A stretch of DNA of 64,000 nucleotides. It comes from Tubulanus polymorphus. Its lineage: Eukaryota > Animalia > Nemertea. Within the stretch, counting starts at the first letter, position 1, and each line of letters starts with the position of its first letter. The position numbers and the translations under genes are program-made. This document shows positions 11,294 to 23,405 of this stretch, piece by piece. The notes beneath the pieces are model-generated. The model made no database searches. It saw nothing but the letters and a program-made list of their open reading frames with translations, and was not told the DNA's origin. The stretch covers positions 10,129,950 through 10,193,949 of the forward strand of contig NC_134026.1 of NCBI RefSeq assembly GCF_964204645.1, given 5' to 3'.

Positions 11294-13795
11294 ACATACC
11301 GGTATTACAAGGGTGATGAACAGTTACCAATATTTTTGGATGGTAAGAAAGACCACACAATCAATGAAATGTTCTTCGCCATAAGAAAAGCGAAAGAAAA
11401 GTGTAAAAAAGTGCCAGTCAATATTTGTCACAGTGTGTTCTTCCTTATTGATTTGGAGAATGTACCTTTGAAAGAATTAAAATGTGACAGCAATGGTGTT
11501 TACGAACATAAAGGCAAGTCTACAATGACAGTCAGAAAACAAGTTGATACTATCACTATAACGTCTAAAAGAAAATTACCTTTGGGTAGCTCTGGCGACA
11601 ATTACCATATTGTCCGTATTTATTATAGACATGCCGACTATCCTGATTTTTCTAGGAAAATTGTTTATTTTGTCAACAATCAGGGAAAGACTGTAAATGA
11701 CACTGCACTCATATCATATGCTTTTGATGGTGAGCCCCACCCAATCATCGTTCGACCACATGGCAACAGCAAAAAAAGTAAGAGGCCTTATACTAGAATC
11801 AAGCCATCTGTTATTAATAAAGTTAAAGATAAGTTAGTTGGTGTGTCTCCAAGAGAAGCTGTCATGACACCTCTCTCTGAAGCGGATGGCCTGGCAGACG
11901 TGCCAACCTTGGCATCAGCCTATAAAATAAAGCATAACGCGAGACAGGTTCATCACTGCAATGAAGAAGATGAACTTACAGCCATGATGGAATTGGCGAG
12001 TGGTGAACTAGCTGATTTTATACAGAGTATTGAGGTTTGTCCGAATTTAAATGTTGTACTCTTTACACCACAGCAGGCTGAGGATATAGGTTTCTTTTGC
12101 ACAGATCCTATAGACTTCCATCCAATCAGTATTGATCCAACATTTAAATTTGGAAAATTTAATGTAACGCCAATAACGTACAGGCATAAACATTTATTAT
12201 GCAAACGGACTGGAAAAAACCCTATATTTACTGGGCCTATGTTGGTACATTTTAAAAAAACCCAAGAAGCTTATAGGAAATTGTTTAGCTGCTTGAGTTG
12301 CAAGTACCCTGAACTGAGTAACATATTAGCATTTGGCACCGATGGTGAAACGGCGTTGAGTTCGGCTGTCCATAGTGCCTTGCCTGATGCCATACACTTG
12401 CGCTGCACAAGGCATTTAATGGCAAATTGTCAATTAAAATTGTCAAAGCTCAGGTGTGATAGTAATGAGATCATCAAAATTCTTGCTGAAATATTTGGCG
12501 ATAAAAATAATTCAGGGCTAATTGATAAATTGACACCGTCATCGGCAGAAAAAAAATTCTCCGAGCTGCGCTGTCGGTGGGATTGTGTTTGCCCTCAATT
12601 TAGCACATATTTTGCAGACTTGATGCCAGTCATTAAGGAAAATATGATAGCCGGTGTTCGATCACAAGCTGGCCTTGGATCTCCACCTGATACCTTTTAT
12701 ACTAACGATTCTGAAGCTTCAAATTCGCGAATGCGAAAATGGATGGGAGCTACAGAACATGGTCTGAGTTCATTTACTAAGTCCTGCCGCCATATGATAG
12801 AGTCTGAGCGAGAGGAGGTAGTAAAAGCTTATGCTGGAATCTCGGAATTATATGAGGTACGCAATGAATTTAAAGATGCATTGCGTATCAATTACTTCCA
12901 AATGACTCCTGAACAGCGTTCTTCACGTTTAAGTGACATCAGGTTATTAACTTTGCATCACATGCACAATCAGTTTAACTCAGTTCGCCCTAGCCAAACA
13001 TCTTTGTCCATATCATTGGACAAAGCTTACAGCTTTGTATCATCAATAACTAAATCGGTTTTTGAAGGCATGTGGAAAAAGGCTTGTGAGCTTACTAGCA
13101 ACCATTCACTCATAGCTCCTGCTCCTAGTAGGGACCCAACTATATTAAAGTTCAGCACCATTAGTTACTCGTCTACAAATAATAATGAAGTTCAGGTGTA
13201 TTTAAGCACTGCAAAATCAACTTGCACTTGTAAACGATATAAATATTACTATGTTTGTTCACATATACTTGCCGTGTGTGAGAAGTCTGGAAAATTAAGT
13301 CAGTTTTTAAATTGGTACAAATCTTCATGCAAAAAGCCAAATAGACTGGCCGTTGCCACTTGCGATGTAAATATGCTCTCTGTTGGTCGCAAGGGGAACA
13401 ATCCTCGCAGAAATCAAACACCCGCAGTAACAAATATTACAGAAGCGAATACCACCGGTACCTCAACAGACTTTCAGTTAACTTTTCTTCACGGTTATCA
13501 AATAAAAAAATGTTATGGCTGTGGTGTACCATTTGACGAAAGTGAGAGAAATCCCCCAAATGATCTGATCCTGAAAAAGATTGATTACCGATTCTATAAA
13601 CATCAAATAACTGGTGTACCTACTCAAAGCAATAAACCACAGAATACTTATTACCATCTCAATCGAAAGTGTGTTCAAAAAAGATATAAGAACTTTGTTC
13701 CCACACAGGTAAATTGTACCCCAGAAATGCGGAATAATTTACAGCAATCACACGCTACACGTTATGATCGTTTCTTAATGTATGGCTCTGGTTGA
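11294..13795 (+). CDS. MULE (Mutator-family) DDE transposase exon with a SWIM finger and a C-terminal Cys/His finger
   Basis: Uninterrupted 833 codons after a strong acceptor (ttttcag, 11293). D1 SIDPTF (12134), D2 GTDGE (12341), CxxH RCTRH, E in TNDSEASN (12713), SWIM CTC..VCSH, and C-terminal CYGC..YYHLNRKC. Confidence 0.93.
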   Translation, partial: TYRYYKGDEQLPIFLDGKKDHTINEMFFAIRKAKEKCKKVPVNICHSVFFLIDLENVPLKELKCDSNGVYEHKGKSTMTVRKQVDTITITSKRKLPLGSSGDNYHIVRIYYRHADYPDFSRKIVYFVNNQGKTVNDTALISYAFDGEPHPIIVRPHGNSKKSKRPYTRIKPSVINKVKDKLVGVSPREAVMTPLSEADGLADVPTLASAYKIKHNARQVHHCNEEDELTAMMELASGELADFIQSIEVCPNLNVVLFTPQQAEDIGFFCTDPIDFHPISIDPTFKFGKFNVTPITYRHKHLLCKRTGKNPIFTGPMLVHFKKTQEAYRKLFSCLSCKYPELSNILAFGTDGETALSSAVHSALPDAIHLRCTRHLMANCQLKLSKLRCDSNEIIKILAEIFGDKNNSGLIDKLTPSSAEKKFSELRCRWDCVCPQFSTYFADLMPVIKENMIAGVRSQAGLGSPPDTFYTNDSEASNSRMRKWMGATEHGLSSFTKSCRHMIESEREEVVKAYAGISELYEVRNEFKDALRINYFQMTPEQRSSRLSDIRLLTLHHMHNQFNSVRPSQTSLSISLDKAYSFVSSITKSVFEGMWKKACELTSNHSLIAPAPSRDPTILKFSTISYSSTNNNEVQVYLSTAKSTCTCKRYKYYYVCSHILAVCEKSGKLSQFLNWYKSSCKKPNRLAVATCDVNMLSVGRKGNNPRRNQTPAVTNITEANTTGTSTDFQLTFLHGYQIKKCYGCGVPFDESERNPPNDLILKKIDYRFYKHQITGVPTQSNKPQNTYYHLNRKCVQKRYKNFVPTQVNCTPEMRNNLQQSHATRYDRFLMYGSG

Positions 13796-15959
13796 TATCT
13801 GGTTATGAATATTGTTTAATTTCAATTATCTTTCTTGTAAATTTACAGTTTGCTGCTACTGTTTGGTATGTATTTTACGCATTACTATGTCAAACTTGTA
13901 TAAGCTTTTTCATGGAAAATTTCATTTGATTTAATTTTGTACTTGTCAAATTGTTTGTTTACTTGTGCTATATCAATGAGTGTAGTGGTGTGTCTATCAG
14001 ATTCTATGGTAATAATTAGCACTGCATATGTTACAGTGCACCATCTTCTCGCTATCCTTTATTCATGTTGGTGTTGGGTCTGTGGAGGGTTGGTTGGTAC
14101 CCCAGAAGTGTGGAAACTGGATAAGAAATGCTTGAACACTAATATATGAATACATTTATGGTTAAAAATAATTCTAGAAAATGTTCAATGAATACATTTT
14201 TTGGTTGAATCTAATGTGCACTGGTTTTTGAGTTGAATACTGCGTATTGTTTAGGGGTGCCAACATTTTCTATTGTGGTGGTCGGCTTCACTTTTAACAC
14301 TTGTGTTCTAACTCTATGCTTTCACAAACTATACAATGCGTGTAGACTAGGAGTATGGATAAGTCGAATCTGTTTAGTCAGTGACTAACTTCGGCTTCAA
14401 AAACTAAGATACATGTATCTATGAAATCTGAAATCAGGGTTCTCCAGCTTTTGCTATGTACATACTTGTCAATCCTCTTACTATATGGTCATTATCTCCA
14501 CAAGACTTTGAATATGATTACACGTGTCTTATTTAAACCTTACCCAATTCTAACCAAAAGTTTTTATGTTTTAATTAATTCTGGATTTTGTAACACAAAT
14601 CATATAGTGCTGATGCTTTACTGAACAGCTTGCTTAGTGCATTTTGCATAGTGTGTTTTTGCATAGTGTGTGCTTATTCAGGCAATTGTTAGTCTATATT
14701 TTAATCTTTGTCAACCATAATAATGTAAGACATAATTAAGATTTTTCAGGATGAGAAAAATATCGTACAAACATGGTTTCGTATTGAGAAGAATCCTACG
14801 TACTACCGGAGTTGGATTGTAATATTAATCACCCTTACCATTTTCGTGATCATTTCTGAATTTAAACTACTACAATCCACAGTCCATATATATTTGATTT
14901 AAATATTTACCAGTATCATATAAATTTTACTATGATTACAAATATTTAAAAAAACTAATACAATGGAAATGAACTTACTTTCTGACACACTTTGTAGATC
15001 GTATGTTAAAGTAAAGTAATATGGATAACTACGTAATACTTGTGGTAGGTATGATAATATGTAATAATAGTTCTGTTTATGTAATGTACCGGTTATGTAT
15101 GTGAAAACAGTTGTGAAGGCAGCTTCAAAATAAATAAAATATTTTAATGAAGATTCTTTGTCTTTGCAATAAGTTCTTTGAGGATATTGGCCTATTTCTG
15201 TTTTTGGAGGATTGGATTAAAAAATAATAAAATCATCGTCAAACCGGGAGTTTCGTATTTAAAAAATCGTTCTTCGACTGTACCTAAACTGGAGTAACTC
15301 CAGGCCGTGTAGCCCTACGTACAATACGCGCTCGTTAGGTTATTCCAAACGGCCCCATTACACACCGGCCGGTAGGTCCTATTTACAAAAAAAACAACGT
15401 CCGCGAACTCTGGGTTTGACAATGTTTAGATCGGATGTATAGTCCGATAATACATAATCTGCATAACAAATTCAATTCAAAATAACTTTCCACGTCGTTC
15501 CGTGTTTCAATTTTTTTTTTTTTTTGGGGAGCATTTATTTTACATTTCCGGGTTTTAACTTAAGATTCCAGGTTTTATGATTCCATTCCGGGTTTTATGT
15601 ATTCCGGGAAATGAAAACAACGCCATTTTAGGGGGTGCTTTCAGTCATTTCATGCGTTGAAAAAATATTATAGGTGGAAAACCTTGGTCAAAAAAATTTT
15701 GTGTGACATTTTTGAGAGCACTTCAATGTTGAGGGGGTTCCCGACATCCCCGCTAGATCCACCCCTGAGTTTGTTAGGCAATTGATTTTTGTGAATTGAA
15801 CGATTTGCATGATTCACTGCCCCCTTTCCCAATTTCACTGCCTTTTTTTAAAATCATTTTTTCAATTCGCTCCTATTCACTGCTAACATTGCCCGCAACA
15901 AACCTTGGGTAGTGAAACAAATTAACCGACGACGAATTAAGTGAGGTCGACTGTATATA

Positions 15960-17347
15960 CAGGGTGTCCCAGATATTACTATACAATAAAGAATTGCTCT
16001 AAAATCTACTAACATTGATCAATCCTTTTGATACTTGGTCCGATCATATAGTGCATCAGTAAGCTTTTCTCTGATGCCATGGTTACCTGATTTATGGCTT
16101 CTTCACAAAATAATCTATTCTTACCCTTAACTGCCAAAATTTTGAAAAATCCCAAGAGTGAAAATATCATCAGTTAATACGTTTTCATGTTTGACCAAAA
16201 AGTAAAGGCAGTTATTTGGTGGTATGAGGTGGAATCACAGAAATGCAGAGAAGATACAGCATTAGCTTAAACACTAAAGCACTGACCAGGAAAGCCATTT
16301 ATGACCTCGTGGAGAAGTTTGAAGCAACTAGTTCAGTGAAAACGACATGAGAATACATAATGGCAGGTCAATTCGGTCAAGTTCAGATAAAGTCATTGAG
16401 ATGGTGAAGCCAGAAGTGGAGGATAATCCACATTATTGATTAGACGTATATCATCAGAAAACTGGTCTTAGCGAGTCAAATGTTCAAAGAATTCTTCGTC
16501 AGTCGCTGCACTTGTTGATCCGTCTGAAGTTCAGATAAAACTGAGAATACGCATTACAGATAAAGTGGCCAGACCTTGCCCTTGCCGCGTGGATGTCAGA
16601 CAGGATTCACTGGACCTTCTGGAGAAATTATGGTTTAGCGACCAGGCTCATTTTTATCTCAGTGACCATGTAAACAACCAGAATTTCAGATTTTGGGGAG
16701 CAGAGAATCCACACATGATTATTGAGAAACCACTGCATGTTGTGAAGTGTACTGTCTAGTGTGCTATTGGAATTTCCGGGATCATTGGACCCTACTTTTT
16801 GGAGGAGAATGGAGAAGCTGTTACTGTAAATGGAGCACGCTATAGAAGTACGCTAACTTAATTCTTCATTCCAAAGCTCAGGCGTCTTTTAGGGAACAAC
16901 ATGAAACAGGCATGGTTTCAGCAAGATCGGGCCACAGCCCATACTGCGAAACTGACATTAGATGTTCTAGGCCATAATTTTGGTAAGAGAATCATCTCAC
17001 TCAAGAGTGATCATGGCTGCCCCCTTTATTCACCTGATCTGAATCCCCTTGATCTATTTCTTTGGGGATATCTCAAATACAATCTCTATAAAGGCACACC
17101 AACAACTATTGAACATTTGAAAATAAACATTTGGCAGGAAATTGCAAATGAAGGGTACGATGTATTGAGGAATTTGGTGGACAATTTTGTTAAAATACTA
17201 ACAGAAGTGAAATATCTACAGGGATCACACATTGAACATATCTTGAAAATTACTTGTAATAAAATAATTGTTGATTGACTAAAAAACTTATCACTTTCAA
17301 AGTAGAGAGAGCAATTCTTTATTGTATAGTAATTTCTGGGACACCCG
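15960..17347 (+). mobile_element. Tc1/mariner element, DD41D (rosa/Visitor-type), decayed transposase
   Basis: ~40-bp TIRs CAGGGTGTCCCAGATATTACTATACAATAAAGAATTGCTCT flanked by TA. Motifs WFSDQAHF, FQQD and YSPDLNPLD with 41 residues between the second and third D; multiple stops and frameshifts. Confidence 0.9.
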
Positions 17348-18479
17348 TATAATGTTACTGAGTTGAGAGACAAAGACGCATGATTCCAATAATATTCATA
17401 AATAGCAATGCCCTACAGCATGGAAAGAAGTTTGAACAATTGCTATTCAGAACTTCCAAACAACTGGACACAACATTGACCAATGCAGTTTGTTTGTATT
17501 GGAACAGTAAGTGATGCTTGTAGGAAATCCGGATGTCGTTATTGATAGGGACACTTTAATCAAGGTGAAATGTCTATATTTAGCTACAACCTTCACTTCA
17601 ATGAAACAACGGTGCTATATTTCACAAATCAAGAATTGTTTTTAACCTGAGGAAAACCCATCCGTATCAATATCCCGTACAAGAACAAATGTATTGCGCC
17701 CACAAAATACTGACGAAATTCGTTGTATATTCATTCCAAGACATGCAGTTCATAGATATCCCTTATGATGAGAATTTCACTTTTTCCATGTTATCATTGC
17801 TGGATTGATATACCTCAAATATTTCCGAAATTAAAAACATTTCTACAAGAACACATGATCGAACAATTTTTCTATAAACTTGAATTAACAGAGGATCCTG
17901 TAAGAAAGAGTGGATAGAGATGACACTACGAGGTCAACATTGTTGATGAACCAAACGAAGTTCAATGACACTCCAAATGGTGAGTCATAGAAGACAAGAG
18001 CAAACTGCTATTTTTGGCCATACATGCAATGAATGAAATGGCCTACTTTGGTTCATAGATAACTGCAAGATGTAGAGAAGAAACTGAGTAAAAAAGACCG
18101 TGAATGGTAGAAACAAGAATTGGCTTGAGCTGAGATCTTAATAATAAAACAAATTCAGCATTATACATTCGCTGAAGAACTTATGCTTTGTAGTTCATCA
18201 GCAAGTACACAAAAGTCTTGTTAAATGTAATAGCAGACTAACTTATGATGAAAAGGATAGTATGAAGAAAATGAGGTCAAGGAAAAACAAGAAACAAAAG
18301 ATATCCGTGTCTTTCACGTGCCTGCAAACAAGAGGTGTCCATTGAGATGACATCTGATCTGAGCAGTAAAAATAAAGTAGGATTTTTATTTTCTACTTTG
18401 TGCTTTTAATATACTTATATCATAATTATGAATTATATAATTTTTCTTCTAAGATAAAGCAGGCTTTACACTACACAAG

Positions 18480-19030
18480 AGGTCTAAATATTTAGTTAAC
18501 CAATCTGCATTGCTGAAACTGTCTGCATTTTGTATTTTGTGTTATGGGAAAAACGCTGTCCTTCATGGAGTTATTTAAAAGGTTTGCTTTATAATATGGA
18601 CAATTATCATGACGGATTATCTGCCCATTGGCAGATATCCAGTGCATGAGTACAAGAATTGCTTTTCGACACCAAGCACATTTTGTACATAACGCAGTGT
18701 ACTCTGTTTGAAGATCTAGTCATCAGTCTGTACTTGGCAGCCTCAAAGGATCAACGCTTCTCATTGGAGGGGATGCTACATAGGTGTGACAGCCCAGGAC
18801 ACAATGTAAAATATTGTACATATCAGAATTTGGACCAGAAAAGTGTTAAGATAATTTTGTCACAACTAATACAGGTGTGGTTTATCATTAAAATTTTTGT
18901 CTTTTATTTACAATATTACTTCTTACTAATAAGAACATAATCGTATTATTCATCTAGTCAAAGTAGGTAACCTAGTCCTAGTGAGGAAACATCATCAAAC
19001 GCAATGGAAATTCAAGGTCTAAAATGAGCT
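18480..19030 (+). pseudogene. Kolobok-like transposase remnant
   Basis: RCDSPGHNVKYCTY..LDQKS.KIILSQLIQV, followed after an intron-like gap by SEETSSNAMEIQGL. This matches the DGRCDSPGHSAKY..SSNAME.G signature I associate with Kolobok-type THAP/DDE transposases. Confidence 0.6.
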
Positions 19031-19239
19031 GCAGAACGATTTATGACGTAAAATGATGGAAAATATATAAATAAATAAATAAATCCTTTACATAGAACTG
19101 TGAATATGTAGATAATTAAAAATGGAATACTAATGCAATATGTTTGAGGATCAATACAACCCTTTAAATCCCTATAACATACTTAATATACCCTATAACA
19201 AAGTCTTTAATATACCCTATAATGAAATTATGGGGTAAG

Positions 19240-19530
19240 GCTTATAACAATATAGAGCCGTTTTTTGGATTTGAACCTCAGGGGGTGCCCTAGGGCCTGC
19301 GGCCCATATTTCTATGAATCGCTACTAGTCCTACAGTTTTGATCAGATCTATATAAAACTTTGTACCAATGATCTATTGGCCAAGGCCTAAAACAATATA
19401 TAGCCATTTTTCGGATTCGACCCATACGGGTGCCTTAGGGCCTGGGACCCATATTTCTATGAATTGCTACTAGTCCTACAGTTTTAGTGGGATCGAGATA
19501 AAACTTGGTACCCATGATCTTTTGGTTCAA
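19240..19530. repeat. two tandem ~145-bp units of a non-autonomous element
   Basis: AACAATATA..GCCCTAGGGCCTG..CCATATTTCTATGAAT.GCTACTAGTCCTACAGTTTT..AAAACTT.GTACC.ATGATCT occurs at ~19246 and ~19391. Confidence 0.75.
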
Positions 19531-19794
19531 GCCAACTTGGAGGAAACAGCCACCATAATTGTAAATGGTGATTTCAAGATCCAATGGAACAAAGAGAATA
19601 TTGCAAGAACATACTCCGATATGTTTCTTCATAGCAACTTGCATCAAGTTCAAAATAACACAACAATTGACTTTAGTACAAATTTAGATCTAGTCTTGAC
19701 AAATGATGTGTTAGGAACAAGCTGCAGTACATTGGAAGCTTATTATTCAGACCATAAGCCTATTTGTATTTCTGTGAAGACACACCATGATTAG
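19530..19794 (+). pseudogene. Helentron (Helitron2) C-terminal AP-endonuclease fragment
   Basis: IIVNGDF..TT.DFSTNLDLVLTN..LEAYYSDHKPI followed directly by a stop, so the endonuclease is C-terminal as in Helentrons, not N-terminal as in LINEs. Confidence 0.75.
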
Positions 19795-19871
19795 TTTATA
19801 CATTACTCTCATTTCAGATGTTGAATATCAAACAGATCATTGATTAGAATCGACCAGGACCGCAATCAAAG

Positions 19872-21475
19872 ATGTTGAAAGCTCAGATTGTAGATTTATC
19901 TCCTACTAAAAACAAGATGGTTCTGGCTGACACTACAGCACGTATCAAATGTTTTGTTTACACAACAAAACACAACCAGAAACTACTTATCAACAATGGT
20001 CTACTTTTATCAAACTACAGATTTCGAAATGGCACCATTTCGATTAACCATGCCACTACTGTTGGTCTATCTATTAGCCCTACAATACCTGCAAATATAC
20101 TTGCCGAAGCACAAAACATCCTAAATCCAGCACCAGAGCCTGTCTCTCCCATTAAAGACGCTAAAGAGAGCCCAATGAAAACGAAGGTTTCAATTACAGG
20201 CACAGTTGTTTAAGTAAATATTGATATATCAAATACCACGATACACAACCTTTACTGCACCTTGAAATTAGCTAAATGTTTCTGGATTTTATACTTTCTT
20301 TTTGATCTGATGACAATGAGTCTCAATCAATACAGTGGATCCTCGATCTAACAATCCCTGCGGGACTGATTAGTAATATCTGCAAGTTCTTTGAAAGCTA
20401 TATAAGTACTTGTAATTACTTAGTTTTATTTCATCGTTCTCGCAATGTGTAACCCTCATCTAAAATGCCAAATCATCATCACAAGCAACCTTAAGAATTG
20501 ATTAAGTTCCTCAATGTGACTAAAAAATCAGGTCATCGCATCCAATTGTTCATTTTAAAATGGGATAGTTCTCATGAAATTTACTTCAAGAAAAAGTTCC
20601 CTGAACTTTATTTAGGTCATTACAAACAATAGTTAATTAGTTCTGAGAGCTTTTGTTTGAGAAACTACTATATATATTTTATTTTTTTAACATGACTTAC
20701 TTGTCTGATTTGTTGTTACAGGATGAAGTAGCCAGTGCAGTTACAGTAGGTGATACAACAGTGCAGTTAAAGAATATTGTGGTACAGGACAGCACTGCAC
20801 GAGTGAAAGTGGCCTTGTGGAGGAACTTTTCCAAACAACAAATCAAAACTGGGCAACATGTTACTGCTATGAATTTGTCAGTCGGCTCCTTCAATAATGA
20901 ACCTCCGTTGGCTACAACAGCTCTAACTACAATTCAGGTAGCATTTTTTCTGTAAAGTTTGCATCTTTTGTCAACCAGAAACAGCGCATGAAACTTCACA
21001 CAATTTGATTGTAATGATAGTCTCCTTTTCAAAACTGACTAAGGCCAAAAAAGTTACATTGTTTCTCTACAGTGGCCAGGTCTATAAAATGTGAGCTCGA
21101 ATAAAATTTGTAATCAGTTCATTTCCAGAAGAAAGTCTCACCTCTTCACATTTAATCATTTCTTTTATGTCTTACTAAACATGTTTTTAATGCAGATTGT
21201 TTTTATAATTGCAGACTACAGAAGCGCCAACGGTTAGTGCTACTCTTAACCTGGAAGGAATTGAAAGCTGCAATGACAGCGATATAAATTTCATTGCAAT
21301 GACTGACCAACAAGATTGCATAATCGTTCATTGTGCAAAGGAACTTTGTGAGGAATATTTTCAACTGAAACTCAGTGATGATAACACGAATAATGACTTC
21401 ATGGCCCTACTTCCTGCTAATGTCAACAAGATGCATGGAAAAAGAATTTTGCACATAACGTCTGATGAAAACTAA
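19872..21475 (+). pseudogene. RPA1-like tandem OB-fold ssDNA-binding protein (Helentron accessory gene)
   Basis: Exons ~19872-20213, 20722-20937 and 21214-21475 with OB-fold motifs LADTTARIKC, KVSITGTVV..DE and VQDSTARVKVALW. A stop codon sits at the first donor. Confidence 0.75.
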
Positions 21476-23311
21476 GTCCTTAGTGGATTCTACAGTTTTT
21501 AGTGTTTACTATGTACCTGTACAACTGCATTCAAATTAAGATCGTTTAAACTAAACTGTATTTTTGATTATTTTGTTGTACATGTATCTTAACTTATTTT
21601 TTGAAATTTGTAATTAAAACCTTTCAACTTCATTTAATTGCCATGATAGTGCCATTCACAATCTTCTAACCCATTTGCATTGCGTCGCATCTAAAATCTA
21701 CTCATGTTTTGCAGTGATACAGAATATAGAGAATGTATGTATTCTTATTTTTAGAAGTAGCAGTCTCTTCAAACAGTATTATATAGCATATGTTAGAGTA
21801 GACATAGCAGATAGCTATTTTTTTTACATATTTTTATATATTATATATTGTTTTTATATTCCGTACTTCAAAACATTGAAACACAATAGGTCTACATGTT
21901 TTCAAAGGTGGTTTTGCACCAATTAAATAAGTGACACTATGATTATATATTCTTATACTAAAAAGTAGCAATTCCTTGATAAATGTTTGAAAAAATCAAA
22001 TCATAATGTTTTGCTTACTTGAACTGTCTTTCTAGGTGTTAATAATAACACTTCAAATGCATTTTACAAACCTGTTGTGAACATCTGTCTGACCTGTGCA
22101 TTTAATTCATCAAATTAACGATTTATGTTAATAGACAGATTTTTAACTGAATAATCAATAGTTTGTTTATCACTTTGATACTAAAGCTTTATACAATAAA
22201 AATTTTACTAACACTTATATAGATTGCATTTTCTTCTCTCTTTGTCTCCAAAGCTACAAAATCAACTTTTTGTACTCTGCCTAACTCTCCCCCAGAAGAT
22301 ACAATATCTAGTGGACTGTATTTCTACAATGGGTTTAGTAAGTTTCCATCTTTCCACTAGCTGTTACAAAGCAGCATTTTTTCAGTATGTTTCACGCTTA
22401 AGTGCCTTGAACCTCTCTTAGTTTATAGTTCTATACTTTTGTACACAGATGGCAGCTCTTCCTCGTGTGTATGACGCAATCAAATTTTAAAGCATCTTGA
22501 ATTTTAACATTGTATTTTCTGGTCAAACATATTTTACGTTTTCAACGATGATCTGTGGGCTAGATCTCTTTTCATTTTTCTCTGGATGATCTGGGTGAAA
22601 GACTACAATGATATAGACCCCTTGTTTTGGGATTTCGATGGCTTGGGTTGTTCTTCTGGGAAAACCATATTTCTATGATTTGTTGGGGTACCTTTAGCAA
22701 TGGGGCAATTAGATAATGAAGAATGATGAAGTAATGATGGTGTCCTTGTATAGCTGCTTATCTAGACTTTTAACCTTTATTGTGATATTATTTACCTCGT
22801 TGGTATCAACTATATAAGATTTGTACCTTGGATTAACTTTTAATGTTTTACAGAAAGGGGTTAAGAAGTTTGGCGAAAGCATAGAACTTGTTAACAGTTC
22901 AAGGCCATCTGTCTCACATTGGAACAAACTAATTACCCGGAAGAAGAAGCAGAAGGCTAAGGACTATCACGACAAGCAGTTACAAGATAGTGGTAAGTTA
23001 TTGTGCCACTCACAGTAAGAAACAAACATTTTTCAACAAATAATCAATTGGCAAGTTATAGGTGAGAAACTAAATCGCAGAGCTCTTGAAAAGTTTGCTT
23101 CATTGTTCTCAACTCGTAAGAAATTCAGAACATTAAAAACATTTTTTTTTTGGAAGAAAGAATTAATCTGTGATTACATTGTCAAATTATGTTTTAAACC
23201 CTTTCTTGCAGAGATTATCAGATTGTCAAGCATTTCACCAAGTAGGCATTGTGTCCCGGGATCTCTTTCCCCATAAGGTATCATTAGTCCAGTATAAGGA
23301 TAGCACTAATG

Positions 23312-23405
23312 ACAGATTATTTCATTCACCATGTTGTACATGAATGACTCTGATAGATACAGATTATTTCATTCACCATGTTGTACATGAATGACTCTGA
23401 TAGAT
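23312..23405. repeat. 47-bp tandem duplication
   Basis: ACAGATTATTTCATTCACCATGTTGTACATGAATGACTCTGATAGAT twice in a row. Confidence 0.9.

Larger units (their letters stand above)
4736..15622 (+). mobile_element. full-length Mutator-like element (MULE) carrying a USP deubiquitinase domain and a transposase
   Basis: ~90-bp near-perfect TIRs (4736-4824 and 15535-15622) containing TAAAACCCGGAAT sub-repeats; perfect 9-bp TSD CCATTTTAG at 4727-4735 and 15623-15631; internal MULE DDE/SWIM ORF. Confidence 0.95.
4635..15767. mobile_element. short (~240 bp) non-autonomous DNA transposon (MITE), split by the MULE insertion
   Basis: TIRs CAGGGGCGGATCTAG (4635) and CTAGATCCACCCCTG (ends 15767); 5-bp direct repeat AGTTT at 4630-4634 and 15768-15772. 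Its own sequence is only 4635-4735 plus 15623-15767. Confidence 0.75.
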
